Assembly: GCA_903893545.1 (NCBI GenBank)
Contig: CAITMJ010000010.1
Span: 29,602-93,601, forward strand
Direction of reading: 5' to 3'
Source of the DNA: an uncultured Chlamydiae bacterium
GTDB lineage: Bacteria; Chlamydiota; Chlamydiia; Chlamydiales; SM23-39
Length of the DNA stretch: 64,000 nucleotides
Shown here: in pieces, positions 46,130-55,956 of the stretch
How positions within the stretch are numbered: the stretch's first letter is position 1
How the letters are laid out: the number at the start of each line of letters is the position of its first letter
The notes under the pieces: generated by a model
What the model saw: only the letters and a program-made list of their open reading frames with translations
Told to the model about the DNA's origin: nothing
Databases searched by the model: none
Position numbers and translations under genes: made by a program

Positions 46130-47228
46130 AGACTCTAGCCATAGCGTCTAAAAGGGGCGCTTTTAGTGATTCGATCTCCAATGCATCGATATGTTCGCGG
46201 CAAAATGCTTGCATGAGAAGCGATTTGGCTTCAGTCAAAGAAAGGCCGCGAGAGCGGAAGTAAAAGAGTTCTTCTTCCGATAACTGCGAAAAGGTGGCGC
46301 CATGGGATGCTTTGACATCATCGGCAAAAATCTCGAGATTGGGTTTTGAAGTGGCCAAGGCAGTATCACTGAGGAGCAGATTGTTATTGAGCTGATAGGC
46401 GGCCGTTTTTTGCGCTTTGGGGTGGACGTAGATTTTCCCTTCAAAGCTCGATTTACTCTCTCCATTTAACACCATTTTCACATGCTGTCTTGAGGTGCAA
46501 TTCGGCGCAACGTGATCGGCTAGCGCGTGGACGTGCGCTTCTCGTTTGCCGTTTAGCATCGCAAGTGAGCGGAAGAGAAAAGAGCTATTTTCTTCGGCCA
46601 GTTCTGCGATGGCAGAGAATCGGACATTTTTTGCGCCGTCTGTCGCATGAAACACTTCTAGACGGGCATCTTTTTTTAACGATGCGCGAAGCGAGGTGTG
46701 CACATTCGCGTTTTCCTCTAACAGTTCGATGTCGTAAAACTTCAACGTCGATCCAGCATCGAGCAATAAGTCGATAGCTCCATTGACAATTCCACCTTGA
46801 ACTTTTTGGGTCAAAGAGAGGTGGCTATTTTTACCGAGAGTGATTTGGATTTTTGGAGAAGCGAGATTAGGTCCCGTTGAGAGGTGAACGATATGAAGCG
46901 AACTTTGTACATTGGGAGGGATATAGAGAAAAAGCCCTTGTCCATGGTGGAGCATATTCAAAAGATAAAATGGGTCTTTTTCATCTTTGAAGGTTTTCGT
47001 CCATCGATTTTGTAAGAATAGGCCGTACGATTTAAGGGCCTGATCTAACTTTAAACAAATCACCTCAGCGGGCACTTTGGAAAGCTCCGGCGCAAAAAAA
47101 CCATCGACAAAGACAATCGTAGACGGAGCCGCCTCAAAGGAAACTGTTTTTGCCACTGCTGGCTCTGGCCAATGGACCGCTGGCAATGAGGCCAAACGAT
47201 CGCTTGCAAGTTGACGCCAAGAGATCAT
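46122..47228 (-). CDS. sufD: Fe-S cluster assembly protein SufD
   Basis: C-terminal [36 protein letters not shown]. Position between sufC and sufS. Confidence 0.85.
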
Positions 47229-47959
47229 TGATACCCTTTTGCTTCCAGTTCAAGAGCTAATTCAGCCTTGCCGGTCTTGACAATCTGCCCATCCGATAAG
47301 ACATGGACAAAATCGGGCTTGATATAGTCGAGGAGGCGCTGGTAGTGGGTGATGACTAGAAGAGAGGTGTCGGAGCGGCGCATCTTGTTAACGCCCGCTG
47401 CGACGATCTTCATCGCATCGATATCGAGGCCAGAATCGGTTTCATCGAGGATAGCTAAATCGGGATTGAAAAGGGCCATTTGCAAGATTTCATTGCGCTT
47501 CTTTTCCCCGCCAGAAAACCCTTCATTGACGGCCCGCTCTTTAAATTCAGCGCGGATGTCCATAAGAGCCATTTTTTCAGTGAGAAGTTCTTCAAATTCT
47601 TCGCTAGAAAGAGGGAGATCGCCTCTCTCTTTTCGCTGCGCATTGAGAGCGACTTTCAAAAAATGGCGATTGGATACGCCGGCAATTTCTAATGGATATT
47701 GAAAGCTCATAAAAAGGCCGAGGGTCGCACGCGCTTCGGGCGTCATACTTAAAAGATCTTGCCCTTTGAACCAAACTTGGCCGCTTGTGATTTCATAGGA
47801 AGGATGGCCGGCTAAAATTTTGGCGAGCGTCGACTTGCCTGCGCCATTAGGCCCCATGATCGCATGGATTTCTCCCTTGCCTATCTTTAAATTGAGCCCT
47901 TTGAGGATCGCTTTGCCCTCAATAGAGGCATGGAGGTTTTGAATATCTAGCATAATCAT
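47225..47959 (-). CDS. sufC: Fe-S cluster assembly ATPase SufC
   Basis: Walker [10 protein letters not shown], signature [13 protein letters not shown], Walker [13 protein letters not shown]. Confidence 0.95.
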   Translation of the reverse strand: MIMLDIQNLHASIEGKAILKGLNLKIGKGEIHAIMGPNGAGKSTLAKILAGHPSYEITSGQVWFKGQDLLSMTPEARATLGLFMSFQYPLEIAGVSNRHFLKVALNAQRKERGDLPLSSEEFEELLTEKMALMDIRAEFKERAVNEGFSGGEKKRNEILQMALFNPDLAILDETDSGLDIDAMKIVAAGVNKMRRSDTSLLVITHYQRLLDYIKPDFVHVLSDGQIVKTGKAELALELEAKGYQ

Positions 47960-49386
47960 CCTACGGAGTGTTCTAGTTTGAGCGCGAGCAGCTTTTGCGC
48001 TTCTTGCGCAAATTCAAGCGGGAGCTCTTGGATTACTTCTTTGCAAAATCCATTGACGATGAGCCCGATTGCCTCTTCTTTGGAAAGGCCGCGCGTTTGA
48101 AGATAAAAAATTTGTTCCTCATTCAGCTTGGAAGTAGAAGCTTCATGCTCAAGCTGAGCGGTATTTCCTGCAGTTTCGATCACTGGAAATGTATTTGCCG
48201 AACAGCGATTGCCGACAAGCATCGAGTCGCATTGGGTGTAATTGCGAGAGAACGTGGCCTTCGGAGAGATTTTGACAAGGCCTCGATAGGTATTGTGCGA
48301 CTGATCTGCAGAGATCCCCTTCGAGACAATCGTAGAGCGGGTCCTCTTGCCGATGTGAATCATTTTTGTCCCCGTATCTGCCTGCATGTGGCCATTGGTC
48401 AGAGCGACAGAATAAAACTCTCCCACCGAATCATCGCCGCGCAAAATGCAACTCGGATATTTCCAAGTAATCGCAGCGCCGGCTTCCACCTGCGTCCAAG
48501 AAATCTTCGAGCGGGCCCCTTTGCATAAACCGCGCTTGGTGACAAAATTATAAACGCCACCTTTCCCTGTCTTTGGATCGCCGGCATACCAGTTTTGTAC
48601 AGTGGAATATTTGATTTCAGCCCCTTCTAGGGCGACGAGTTCTACGACTGCGGCATGGAGCTGATTGGTGTCAAAAGCAGGCGCTGTGCAACCTTCTAAA
48701 TAGCTGACGTAAGAGCCCTCTTCCGCAATGATGAGTGTCCTCTCAAACTGGCCTGTCTCTTTTTCATTGATGCGGAAATACGTCGAGAGCTCCATCGGAC
48801 TACGAACCCCTTTCGGGATATAGACAAACGAGCCGTCGGAAAAGACCGCGGAATTCAAAGCGGCAAAAAAATTATCGTGCGCAGGAACGACGGTCCCGAG
48901 GTATTTTTTGATCAATTCTGGGAATTTATGGACGGCCTCGGACATCGAGCAGAGAACCACCCCTGCATCTTCTAGTTTTTTTCGGAACGTCGTACCGATG
49001 GAAACTGAGTCAAAGACGACATCGACGGCGACATTTGAGAGCCTCTTTTGCTCTTCTAAAGGAATACCCAGCTTTTCAAAGGTTTTTAAAATCTCCGGAT
49101 CTACTTCACTCAAAGATTCGAGGCGAGGCTTGGATTTAGGCGCAGCATAGTAAGAAATTCCTTGATAGTCGATAGCTGGATAGTTGGCATTGAGCCAATG
49201 AGGCTCTGTCATCTCTTGCCATTTACGAAAAGCCTTAAGCCTAAAGTCCAAAAGAAAAGAGGGTTCCCCCTTTTTTGCGGAAATAGCGCGCACTGTCTCT
49301 TCCGTAAGCCCTTTTGGAAATACTTCAGATTCAATGTCCGTCGTAAACCCATACTTATATTCTGTCGCAGAATACTCTACTGTCAT
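47956..49386 (-). CDS. sufB: Fe-S cluster assembly scaffold SufB
   Basis: [23 protein letters not shown] and [21 protein letters not shown] are typical SufB blocks. Confidence 0.95.
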   Translation of the reverse strand: MTVEYSATEYKYGFTTDIESEVFPKGLTEETVRAISAKKGEPSFLLDFRLKAFRKWQEMTEPHWLNANYPAIDYQGISYYAAPKSKPRLESLSEVDPEILKTFEKLGIPLEEQKRLSNVAVDVVFDSVSIGTTFRKKLEDAGVVLCSMSEAVHKFPELIKKYLGTVVPAHDNFFAALNSAVFSDGSFVYIPKGVRSPMELSTYFRINEKETGQFERTLIIAEEGSYVSYLEGCTAPAFDTNQLHAAVVELVALEGAEIKYSTVQNWYAGDPKTGKGGVYNFVTKRGLCKGARSKISWTQVEAGAAITWKYPSCILRGDDSVGEFYSVALTNGHMQADTGTKMIHIGKRTRSTIVSKGISADQSHNTYRGLVKISPKATFSRNYTQCDSMLVGNRCSANTFPVIETAGNTAQLEHEASTSKLNEEQIFYLQTRGLSKEEAIGLIVNGFCKEVIQELPLEFAQEAQKLLALKLEHSVG

Positions 49387-49483
49387 CTCTTTAATTCCTA
49401 AGAATGCCTAAAATAATACGCGATACCCCCTCTAGTGTCAATTCCTTTTTAAACGACTAAAATTTAATAGTTAACAATAACAT

Positions 49484-49502
49484 TAATTGAAAATTTCAAT
49501 TA
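49484..49502. promoter_or_regulatory. 19-bp perfect 9-1-9 palindrome upstream of sufBCDS (candidate operator)
   Basis: TAATTGAAA-A-TTTCAATTA lies about 100 nt upstream of the sufB ATG, in the divergent AT-rich intergenic region. Confidence 0.35.
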
Positions 49503-49544
49503 TGTAGTATAATAAAGACAAAGAACATAATTAAGCTGTGGTAT

Positions 49545-49817
49545 ATGTTTCACGAACTCCCGATTCGATCCAAAAAAGAGATGGTCTCTGACATTGTGAA
49601 GATCGTTCAGTGTTTGCATGAGGGCAAACGGGCTGAGGCGGATCTTTTAGTGGAAGATCTCAAAGCGCGGGGCGCTTTTTTAGACGAAACGATCCAGCAA
49701 GACGTTTTGATCTTCGTCGAGCAGGTGCAGTTTCAATACGCCTACGATCCTTGGCATAAAGTGACGCCAGACGTACAATCTGCAGCCGATCGCCTCATCC
49801 ACGACCTCGGCTTCTAA
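49545..49817 (+). CDS. small hypothetical protein
   Basis: 90-aa ORF with an ATG start that fills the gap between the suf promoter region and the OMP gene. No family recognised. Confidence 0.4.
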   Translation: MFHELPIRSKKEMVSDIVKIVQCLHEGKRAEADLLVEDLKARGAFLDETIQQDVLIFVEQVQFQYAYDPWHKVTPDVQSAADRLIHDLGF

Positions 49818-49818
49818 T

Positions 49819-50979
49819 TTAGAAATTTAAGATGGCTTTGAGGGTAAGGCCTTGGAGAGTCAGGTTGCCCGTTCCGCCCAATGTTGTGAAATGGTTAAAG
49901 TCGAGCCAAATTTGCTCTTCCCAACCGCCGCGAACTTCGAAGCGATAGCGCCCTTTTTCCCACCAAGTGATGTAGGAGATGCCTAAAGCGGCTTCCACCA
50001 CTGGGATCACCGTTTTGATCGTCTCATTGACAAACTTAGGCGTCATGGAGCCATATACGGTTTCATTCATGCTCTGTTTTTGCTGGATGCTAAAGTCAGC
50101 CCAGAGCGCTGTGAAGGCAAAGTCGTTGTAAAAAGACCAATTTTTCGACACGTGCCAACCGACATTTAAGCCTGTTCTAATCCCCAATCCCCACATGTTT
50201 TGACGCTGGTGTAAAACGACCGAAGTAGGCCTGTTCGACCCGCTCGACGCATCGACGGGGACAGTGGTTGTCGGAACCATGCTAATCGTTGTCCGCTCAT
50301 TGACCCAGCCAGTTTTAAAACCGGTGGAGGGACGGAGCGTGAGGTGGCGACTGATGAAATAATCTCGCCCGAGTTCGAGATCGATGATATTGAAGTCTTG
50401 CTCCCAATTACACGAGGCGTTCACAAGAGAAAGTGTCTGGTCTGTCCCATTGTTGTAGGCGATGTCCTGGAGACTCGACGCACCAGTGCCTGAAATTGCA
50501 GCGATAGAGTTTGTCTCTTTTGGGCCAGCGAGGAATGTATACTGTGCATAAAGATCCCAGCCGTCATGGTTGAAATTGACGCCGATTCCCGCCTTGATGC
50601 CGGGTTCGAATTGAAAGTCAGGTTTTTGCGCTTTTCCTTTTCCCGTGCTAGAGCCAAAAGGGACAAAGGCCGAATTGTCAGCAACGCCAGTAAATGCGTA
50701 TTCCATGCTGCCGACAAAGGTTTTCCACCAAAGGAAGTCGAACGTCATATAGGTATCCGAACCGTCTAGGATATGAGGGGCTACAGCAGGGGTGATGATC
50801 GGTTGCGCTTGAATCGTCTCTTCTTCTGGCTTTTGGGGCGGCATCGATTTTGGATTGGTGGCTGTTTTTGCACTGATGGATTGGGCCGCTGTTTCTTTAT
50901 CGTCAAGACTCGGAACCGCCAAAAGAGGGAATGAGGAAAAGGTCAGCAGATATGCCAGCAAACGCCAATTCTTTTTCAT
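49819..50979 (-). CDS. beta-barrel outer membrane protein (MOMP-like porin family of chlamydia-like organisms/Legionella)
   Basis: Signal peptide, FDFLWWK block, alternating amphipathic strands, and C-terminal LKAILNF ending in Phe. Confidence 0.65.
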   Translation of the reverse strand: MKKNWRLLAYLLTFSSFPLLAVPSLDDKETAAQSISAKTATNPKSMPPQKPEEETIQAQPIITPAVAPHILDGSDTYMTFDFLWWKTFVGSMEYAFTGVADNSAFVPFGSSTGKGKAQKPDFQFEPGIKAGIGVNFNHDGWDLYAQYTFLAGPKETNSIAAISGTGASSLQDIAYNNGTDQTLSLVNASCNWEQDFNIIDLELGRDYFISRHLTLRPSTGFKTGWVNERTTISMVPTTTVPVDASSGSNRPTSVVLHQRQNMWGLGIRTGLNVGWHVSKNWSFYNDFAFTALWADFSIQQKQSMNETVYGSMTPKFVNETIKTVIPVVEAALGISYITWWEKGRYRFEVRGGWEEQIWLDFNHFTTLGGTGNLTLQGLTLKAILNF

Positions 50980-51040
50980 AGGGAATTCCTTGTTTTCGTC
51001 TTAAACATGCATAAGATATATTTTAACACGCTACTTCTCG

Positions 51041-52030
51041 TCAACAGCGATTCAACAAATGAACGGCGCGCCGGATTGTTTTTTGAAGTCCCTCAGTAAG
51101 CGAAATTTTTGCCTTCCATCCAAAGGCGTGAAACATTTTTGAAGAGTCGATGGCATAGCGTAAATCATGGCCGGGGCGGTCGTCGATAAAGCGGATGAGT
51201 TTGTGGTATTTTTCCGGAGGCTCGCCCGTTTCTTCTGCAAGGAGTTTGATGACCAGATGGAGAAGGTCTAAATTCGATCGTTCACTATCTCCTCCAATAT
51301 CGTACACTTCCCCTTTAACTCCTCGCTGCAAAATAAGCCACAGCGCTTCGATGTGATCATCGACATAGATCCAATCGCGAATGTTTACCCCTTTGCCGTA
51401 GACAGGAAGCGATCTCTCCGCCAGGCAATTGAAGATCATAAGAGGGACGAATTTTTCTCTATGTTGCCCTGGGCCGTAGTTATTCGAGCAGTGGGAGATG
51501 GTCGTCGAGAGGTGATATGTTTGTCCATACGCGCGAACGAGGTGATCCGAGGCGGCTTTTGTGGCGGAATAGGGAGAGTTAGGCCGATATTGGGACTGTT
51601 CGTTAAAAAAGCCGCTCTCTCCTAGCGATCCGTAGACTTCATCGGTGGAAATATGATGGAAATGGATGTGGGGAAACTGGCGAACTGCTTCGAGAAGGGT
51701 CATCGTCCCTCGAATATTTGCCTCTACAAATGCAGACGCGGACGCGATGCTCCGATCGACATGCGATTCAGCGGCGAAGTGGACAATTGCATCGATTTCT
51801 TCTTCTAAACACAATTTTTCCACAAGCGGCTGCTGATTGATATCGCCCTGGATAAAGCGATAGCGCGGGTGCTCGTGAAATCCATCTAAGTTGTGTTGGT
51901 TGGCAGCATAGGTCATTTTGTCGAGATTGACAATTTTCACAGAGGGGCCCGACCGCAAAGTCGATCGAATAAAGGCCGATCCGATAAAGCCGCAGCCACC
52001 GGTGACGAGGAGGTTATTGAGTTTTCGCAT
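51041..52030 (-). CDS. rfbB: dTDP-glucose 4,6-dehydratase
   Basis: LVTGGCGFIGSAF (Rossmann fold) and YSATKAASDHLV (YxxxK). Confidence 0.92.
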   Translation of the reverse strand: MRKLNNLLVTGGCGFIGSAFIRSTLRSGPSVKIVNLDKMTYAANQHNLDGFHEHPRYRFIQGDINQQPLVEKLCLEEEIDAIVHFAAESHVDRSIASASAFVEANIRGTMTLLEAVRQFPHIHFHHISTDEVYGSLGESGFFNEQSQYRPNSPYSATKAASDHLVRAYGQTYHLSTTISHCSNNYGPGQHREKFVPLMIFNCLAERSLPVYGKGVNIRDWIYVDDHIEALWLILQRGVKGEVYDIGGDSERSNLDLLHLVIKLLAEETGEPPEKYHKLIRFIDDRPGHDLRYAIDSSKMFHAFGWKAKISLTEGLQKTIRRAVHLLNRC

Positions 52031-52556
52031 ACAAGCATTCTCTTAAAAAAGGGCTGTTTTGATCTCGCGAAGAAAGAATGGGATGTTGGACGGGCCATGC
52101 GATGTTTAAATCGGGATCGTTCCATCGGATCGAGAGCTCCGTGCTCGGATCGTAGAGTGAACTTACTTTATATTGGACTAGAGCCTCTTGGCTAAGGACG
52201 CAAAAACCATGGGCAAAGCCTGCTGGGATAAAGAGTTGCCACCGAAGAAGATCGTCGAGTTCGACCGCCTCCCATTGTCCGAACGTAGCAGAATCTTGCC
52301 GAAGGTCGACGGCAACATCGAAAATTTTCCCTCGCAGCGCTTGCACGAGTTTTGCTTGGCCGGGCAAAGCTTGTAAATGAAGAGCGCGAATGACGTTTTG
52401 CTTCGAAAAAGAGAGGTTGTCTTGGACAAAATCGGGAATGGACAGATTTGCATAGGCAGGCTGGCGATAACTTTCGAGAAAATAGCCTCGTTCGTCGCAA
52501 AAAAGACGAGGCTTGATCAATTTCAATCCAGAGAGTCGAAGATCCGTAACATCCAT
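52014..52556 (-). CDS. rfbC: dTDP-4-dehydrorhamnose 3,5-epimerase
   Basis: DERGYFLESY, RALHLQ and AHGFCVLS blocks. 17-nt overlap with rfbB. Confidence 0.9.
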   Translation of the reverse strand: MDVTDLRLSGLKLIKPRLFCDERGYFLESYRQPAYANLSIPDFVQDNLSFSKQNVIRALHLQALPGQAKLVQALRGKIFDVAVDLRQDSATFGQWEAVELDDLLRWQLFIPAGFAHGFCVLSQEALVQYKVSSLYDPSTELSIRWNDPDLNIAWPVQHPILSSRDQNSPFLRECLYAKTQ

Positions 52557-52597
52557 ATGGACTTGGTATTATACACAACCAAGTTTTTCAGCGCTAA

Positions 52598-52644
52598 TTA
52601 ACCACAGAGGACACAGAGATTTTTATTAAGGCCTCTGTGGTTAA
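52598..52644. repeat. hairpin element with perfect 13-bp arms TTAACCACAGAGG / CCTCTGTGGTTAA
   Basis: Arms at 52598-52610 and 52632-52644 with a 21-nt loop. It starts 7 nt after the pgeF stop on the minus strand. The arm sequence is shared with the 17828-17882 hairpin. Confidence 0.8.
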
Positions 52645-52651
52645 AAAATGA

Positions 52652-53410
52652 TCAGGATTTTAGCGCTACAATCGTCGCATTTCGCCCTGTATCTTTGCTG
52701 GCGCGGTGCGAGAAGTAATCTTTTGTATTGCAGACCGTGCAAATCTCTGCGATTTCGATATTTTTATCTAAAACGCCACATTTTTGCAGTTGCATTCGGC
52801 TGATGCCCCAGAAATCGAAGTGAAAAGGTTTTGACTGAAACTCCCAAAAATCTTTGGGCAATTCATGTTTATAGTTTTTAAATTCAGAATGATCGGGCCC
52901 TAAGGAGGGAGAAATGCAGACCAGGAGGTTGTGCGGCTGGGTGCCGATTTCGCGCTGCAGTGTATCGATGGTGCGCGCATAGAGATTTTGTGCGCTTCCT
53001 TTCCAGCCGCAATGGGCAATTGCGATGACTTCATGGACTGGATCGTATAAAATGGCCGCCTGACAATCGGCATGCATAACGCCAAGCCCGATATTTTTCT
53101 CAGATGTATAGAGCGCATCGGCTTGCAAGGGCTCACGGAGGTTTTTGGCAGTGACTCGACAAACTTTAGTGCCATGCATTTGATGGGGATAAATAATTTG
53201 CGGCAAACCAAAGGCCTTTCTTACGGTTTCACGGTTGGTTTTGACGTGTTCGCGCGTATCGGCCGTTTGATCGCCGAGATTGAGCGTGCCAAAGCGTTCT
53301 CCGCTGCTAATCCCCCCGTGTCGGCTAAGGGTTCCATGCAAAACATGGGGAAATTTTTCCAATAGATCATATTCCAACCATTCTAATTTCGCTTTATCGT
53401 ATTCTGCCAT
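52652..53410 (-). CDS. pgeF: YfiH/PgeF family (DUF152) purine-nucleoside phosphorylase / peptidoglycan editing factor
   Basis: HQMHGTKV, MHADCQAAILYDP and IAHCGWKG blocks. Confidence 0.85.
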   Translation of the reverse strand: MAEYDKAKLEWLEYDLLEKFPHVLHGTLSRHGGISSGERFGTLNLGDQTADTREHVKTNRETVRKAFGLPQIIYPHQMHGTKVCRVTAKNLREPLQADALYTSEKNIGLGVMHADCQAAILYDPVHEVIAIAHCGWKGSAQNLYARTIDTLQREIGTQPHNLLVCISPSLGPDHSEFKNYKHELPKDFWEFQSKPFHFDFWGISRMQLQKCGVLDKNIEIAEICTVCNTKDYFSHRASKDTGRNATIVALKS

Positions 53411-53471
53411 GGTTTGTACCCCGTTTTTTTCCTTCCTATCAAAAATCGAATTCGGGTAACAGAGAAATATT

Positions 53472-54383
53472 ATGGCCCATGAATCTAGACCCTCCCATCT
53501 CTCTCTTGGAATTACGATCTCCCTCTTCGCCTACCTTTTCCTCTCAATCGGCTCCTGCTTAGTGTTTAACTTTCGAGAGAGGTTCCCGACGATCCAGATT
53601 CTTTTCATCCAAAATTTTGTGAGTTTTTTTTGCATCCTGCCCTGGGGTCTGCGGCGCGGTTTTGAGCCGCTGCGGACAAAGGAGCTGCCGACGCATCTGA
53701 TCCGCGATATTTTTGGCATTATCAGTTACTATCTCTTTTTTTTGGCGATTCGCCATTTAAATCTTGTCGATGCGACAACACTCAATTATACAGCGCCTTT
53801 TTTCGTTCCATTTGTCTGGTGGATTTGGATGAAAGAGAAGGTAGAGAAACGGGTCTGGTGGGCAATCATCATCGGATTTATCGGAGTGAGCATCATCTTG
53901 ACCCCGACTAGGCATATCTTCCAACTCGGATTTCTATTTGGCATTGCTGCGGGGATGACCTCGGCTGTGGCTCTAGCGGCGATTCGGGTGTTAAATCTAA
54001 AACGAGAATCGATGAGCCGAACGCTGTTTTACTTTTTTTCCTTCGGATCGATCGTCACCTTTCCTTTTGCTTGGGATGTCTGGGTGCCGCCAACGGGACG
54101 GGAGTGGCTGTTTACAATCGCCATTGGCGCGACAACGGCTATAGGACAGATCTTACTCACCATTGCGTACCGCTACGGAACAGCTGCCTATCTCTCCCCG
54201 CTTGGCTATTCGGTCGTGATCTACAATGGACTTATCAGCTATCTTCTATTCAATACTTCACTCGGCTGGCATTCGCTGGCAGGAGTAATCCTCATCATTA
54301 CTGGAGGGACCCTCTCCTTTCTTTGGAAGAGAAGCCCTCATCCAATCAAAAGCAGTTTTGAGGCGGACCACTCATCAAAATAA
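53472..54383 (+). CDS. EamA/DMT superfamily transporter
   Basis: 10-TM protein with two EamA-like halves. The 3' end overlaps the convergent DUF2063 gene by 46 nt. Confidence 0.75.
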   Translation: MAHESRPSHLSLGITISLFAYLFLSIGSCLVFNFRERFPTIQILFIQNFVSFFCILPWGLRRGFEPLRTKELPTHLIRDIFGIISYYLFFLAIRHLNLVDATTLNYTAPFFVPFVWWIWMKEKVEKRVWWAIIIGFIGVSIILTPTRHIFQLGFLFGIAAGMTSAVALAAIRVLNLKRESMSRTLFYFFSFGSIVTFPFAWDVWVPPTGREWLFTIAIGATTAIGQILLTIAYRYGTAAYLSPLGYSVVIYNGLISYLLFNTSLGWHSLAGVILIITGGTLSFLWKRSPHPIKSSFEADHSSK

Positions 54384-55012
54384 GCCTTTTCGATCGACTC
54401 ATAGAAAACCCCCTCTTCTGTCCGAGATAAGATAAAATAATATGTTCCCTTTTTGCAATCGAGCTTTGGCAAATCGTTTTGTTGCCAGTGATTCACAGTG
54501 TGTTCTAAAAGAGAGGAGCGAAAGGAAAAAAAATCAGCATTCAGTTCAAAAAGAGCGCTCTCTGGATTTATGGCGTGGTAGAGCCGCTCATAAGCCGCGT
54601 CGATATCGGCGATGTTGATCAATAATTTCCGATCTTCCTCGTCGTACTCCTCAGAGATCCACTGCATTAAATGGGTGCCGAGATGAGGGAGAAACCAGTC
54701 GTTTGGCGGATAGCGCAAAAAGTAAGGCTCAGCGATGAGGGTATTAAAATCTCTAAATCCAAATAAGCGGACAAGAGTTGGGTAGGCTTCTTGTAGAAGA
54801 ACAAATAGCCGCCACCAATATTGCTGATTGTAGATGCCAAAACGCTGCTCCGCGCTTAAAGTAGGTCCAGGGGCTATGCGCGACCGAATCTCTTGATTCA
54901 CTGCCTCGGAATAGTTGGGCAGATTAAACTCCCCGATGTCTCGGAAAGTGCGCGTAAGATGGTTTGCGAACCAAATTTGGAGCTCTTCAAGGGCAAGAGG
55001 AACTTTATCCAT
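54338..55012 (-). CDS. DUF2063 family protein (partner subunit of MNIO enzymes; BufC/MbnC/HvfC-like)
   Basis: RFGIYNQQYWWRLFVLLQEAYPTLVRLFGFRDFNTLIAEPYFLRYPP matches the DUF2063 N-terminal pattern. 8-nt overlap with the DUF692 gene. Confidence 0.75.
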   Translation of the reverse strand: MDKVPLALEELQIWFANHLTRTFRDIGEFNLPNYSEAVNQEIRSRIAPGPTLSAEQRFGIYNQQYWWRLFVLLQEAYPTLVRLFGFRDFNTLIAEPYFLRYPPNDWFLPHLGTHLMQWISEEYDEEDRKLLINIADIDAAYERLYHAINPESALFELNADFFSFRSSLLEHTVNHWQQNDLPKLDCKKGTYYFILSRTEEGVFYESIEKAYFDEWSASKLLLIG

Positions 55013-55832
55013 AAGCTACCTGATGTTGGAATGCTTTGGCTTTGAGGGCTTCTTTCCAGGTGTCTTCAAAGGAGATATAATGATCGTCCCATTCGAGAAG
55101 CGTCGAAACTCCTTTCGTTTTTGGATAGATCTCTCCATAAAGCGCCCAAACCTCATCGCAAACGGGCTGGTCGTGCGTATCGAGAATGTAAGCGCCCATA
55201 TTGCGATGGCCCGCTAGGTGAATCTGCACAATGCGATCAATGGGCAAATTCGTTAGATATTCTTTGGCGTCAAACCCTTGGTTGCGGCTCGAAACATAGA
55301 TGTTATTGACGTCGAGCATCATGCCGATATCTGCCTTTTCGACAACGGCGGAATAAAATTCCCACTCAGACATCAAATTGTTCGTAAAATCGGCATAGGT
55401 AGAGAGGTTTTCTAAGGCGAAAGGAACTTCGAGAAAATCTTGGATCACCCTTGCCCTTTCGGCGACGTACTCGACCACCTCAGGCCGTCTTGGCAGCGGC
55501 AGAAGATCGTGGTAACGAGCTCCAGGCAACCGGCCCCAGCAAAGATGGTCAGACACCCAAGGCGATTTTGTTTTCTGCGCAAGAGCTTTTAATTTTTTCA
55601 AATAGTCCCAATCGAGGGGCGCTGCGCTCCCGATGGCAAGGCTTACGCCATGCATCACAACCGGATATCGCTCGAGGATCTTCTCTAAATTTCGGGTAGA
55701 TGCTCCCTCTTCTAAGAACTGCTCGCTGATAATTTCAAACCAATCGATCTCTGGCCAAGAGGCAAAAATCTGCGGCAGATGAACCGGCCTAAGCCCTATG
55801 CCAACGCCCAGATTAACAACATCTTTAATCAT
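55005..55832 (-). CDS. DUF692 / MNIO (multinuclear non-heme iron oxidative) enzyme, BufB/MbnB/HvfB-like
   Basis: GIGLRP, DWFEIISEQF, YPVVMHGVSLAIGS, WVSDHLCW, HDLLPLP, ALENLSTY, MSEWEF, MLDVNNIYVSSRNQGFD, IHLAGH, LDTHDQPV and LLEWDD are the DUF692 blocks as I remember them. Confidence 0.9.
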   Translation of the reverse strand: MIKDVVNLGVGIGLRPVHLPQIFASWPEIDWFEIISEQFLEEGASTRNLEKILERYPVVMHGVSLAIGSAAPLDWDYLKKLKALAQKTKSPWVSDHLCWGRLPGARYHDLLPLPRRPEVVEYVAERARVIQDFLEVPFALENLSTYADFTNNLMSEWEFYSAVVEKADIGMMLDVNNIYVSSRNQGFDAKEYLTNLPIDRIVQIHLAGHRNMGAYILDTHDQPVCDEVWALYGEIYPKTKGVSTLLEWDDHYISFEDTWKEALKAKAFQHQVAYG

Positions 55833-55919
55833 GGGCCAAGAGAATAAGGAAATGGAAAAAAAAAGGAAAGCCTATATTTGCTCTTAAGGATACAGAGGGA
55901 AAATGACAAAAAGAGATCG

Positions 55920-55948
55920 TTGCTAGTCGCCTGTAGGGCGACTAGCAA
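55920..55948 (-). terminator. stem-loop between the precursor-like ORF and the MNIO gene (candidate attenuator/terminator)
   Basis: Perfect 12-bp stem TTGCTAGTCGCC / GGCGACTAGCAA with a 5-nt loop. It begins 8 nt after the small ORF's stop on the minus strand. Downstream minus-strand sequence: CGATCTCTTTTTGTCATTTT. Confidence 0.5.
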
Positions 55949-55956
55949 GATACATA

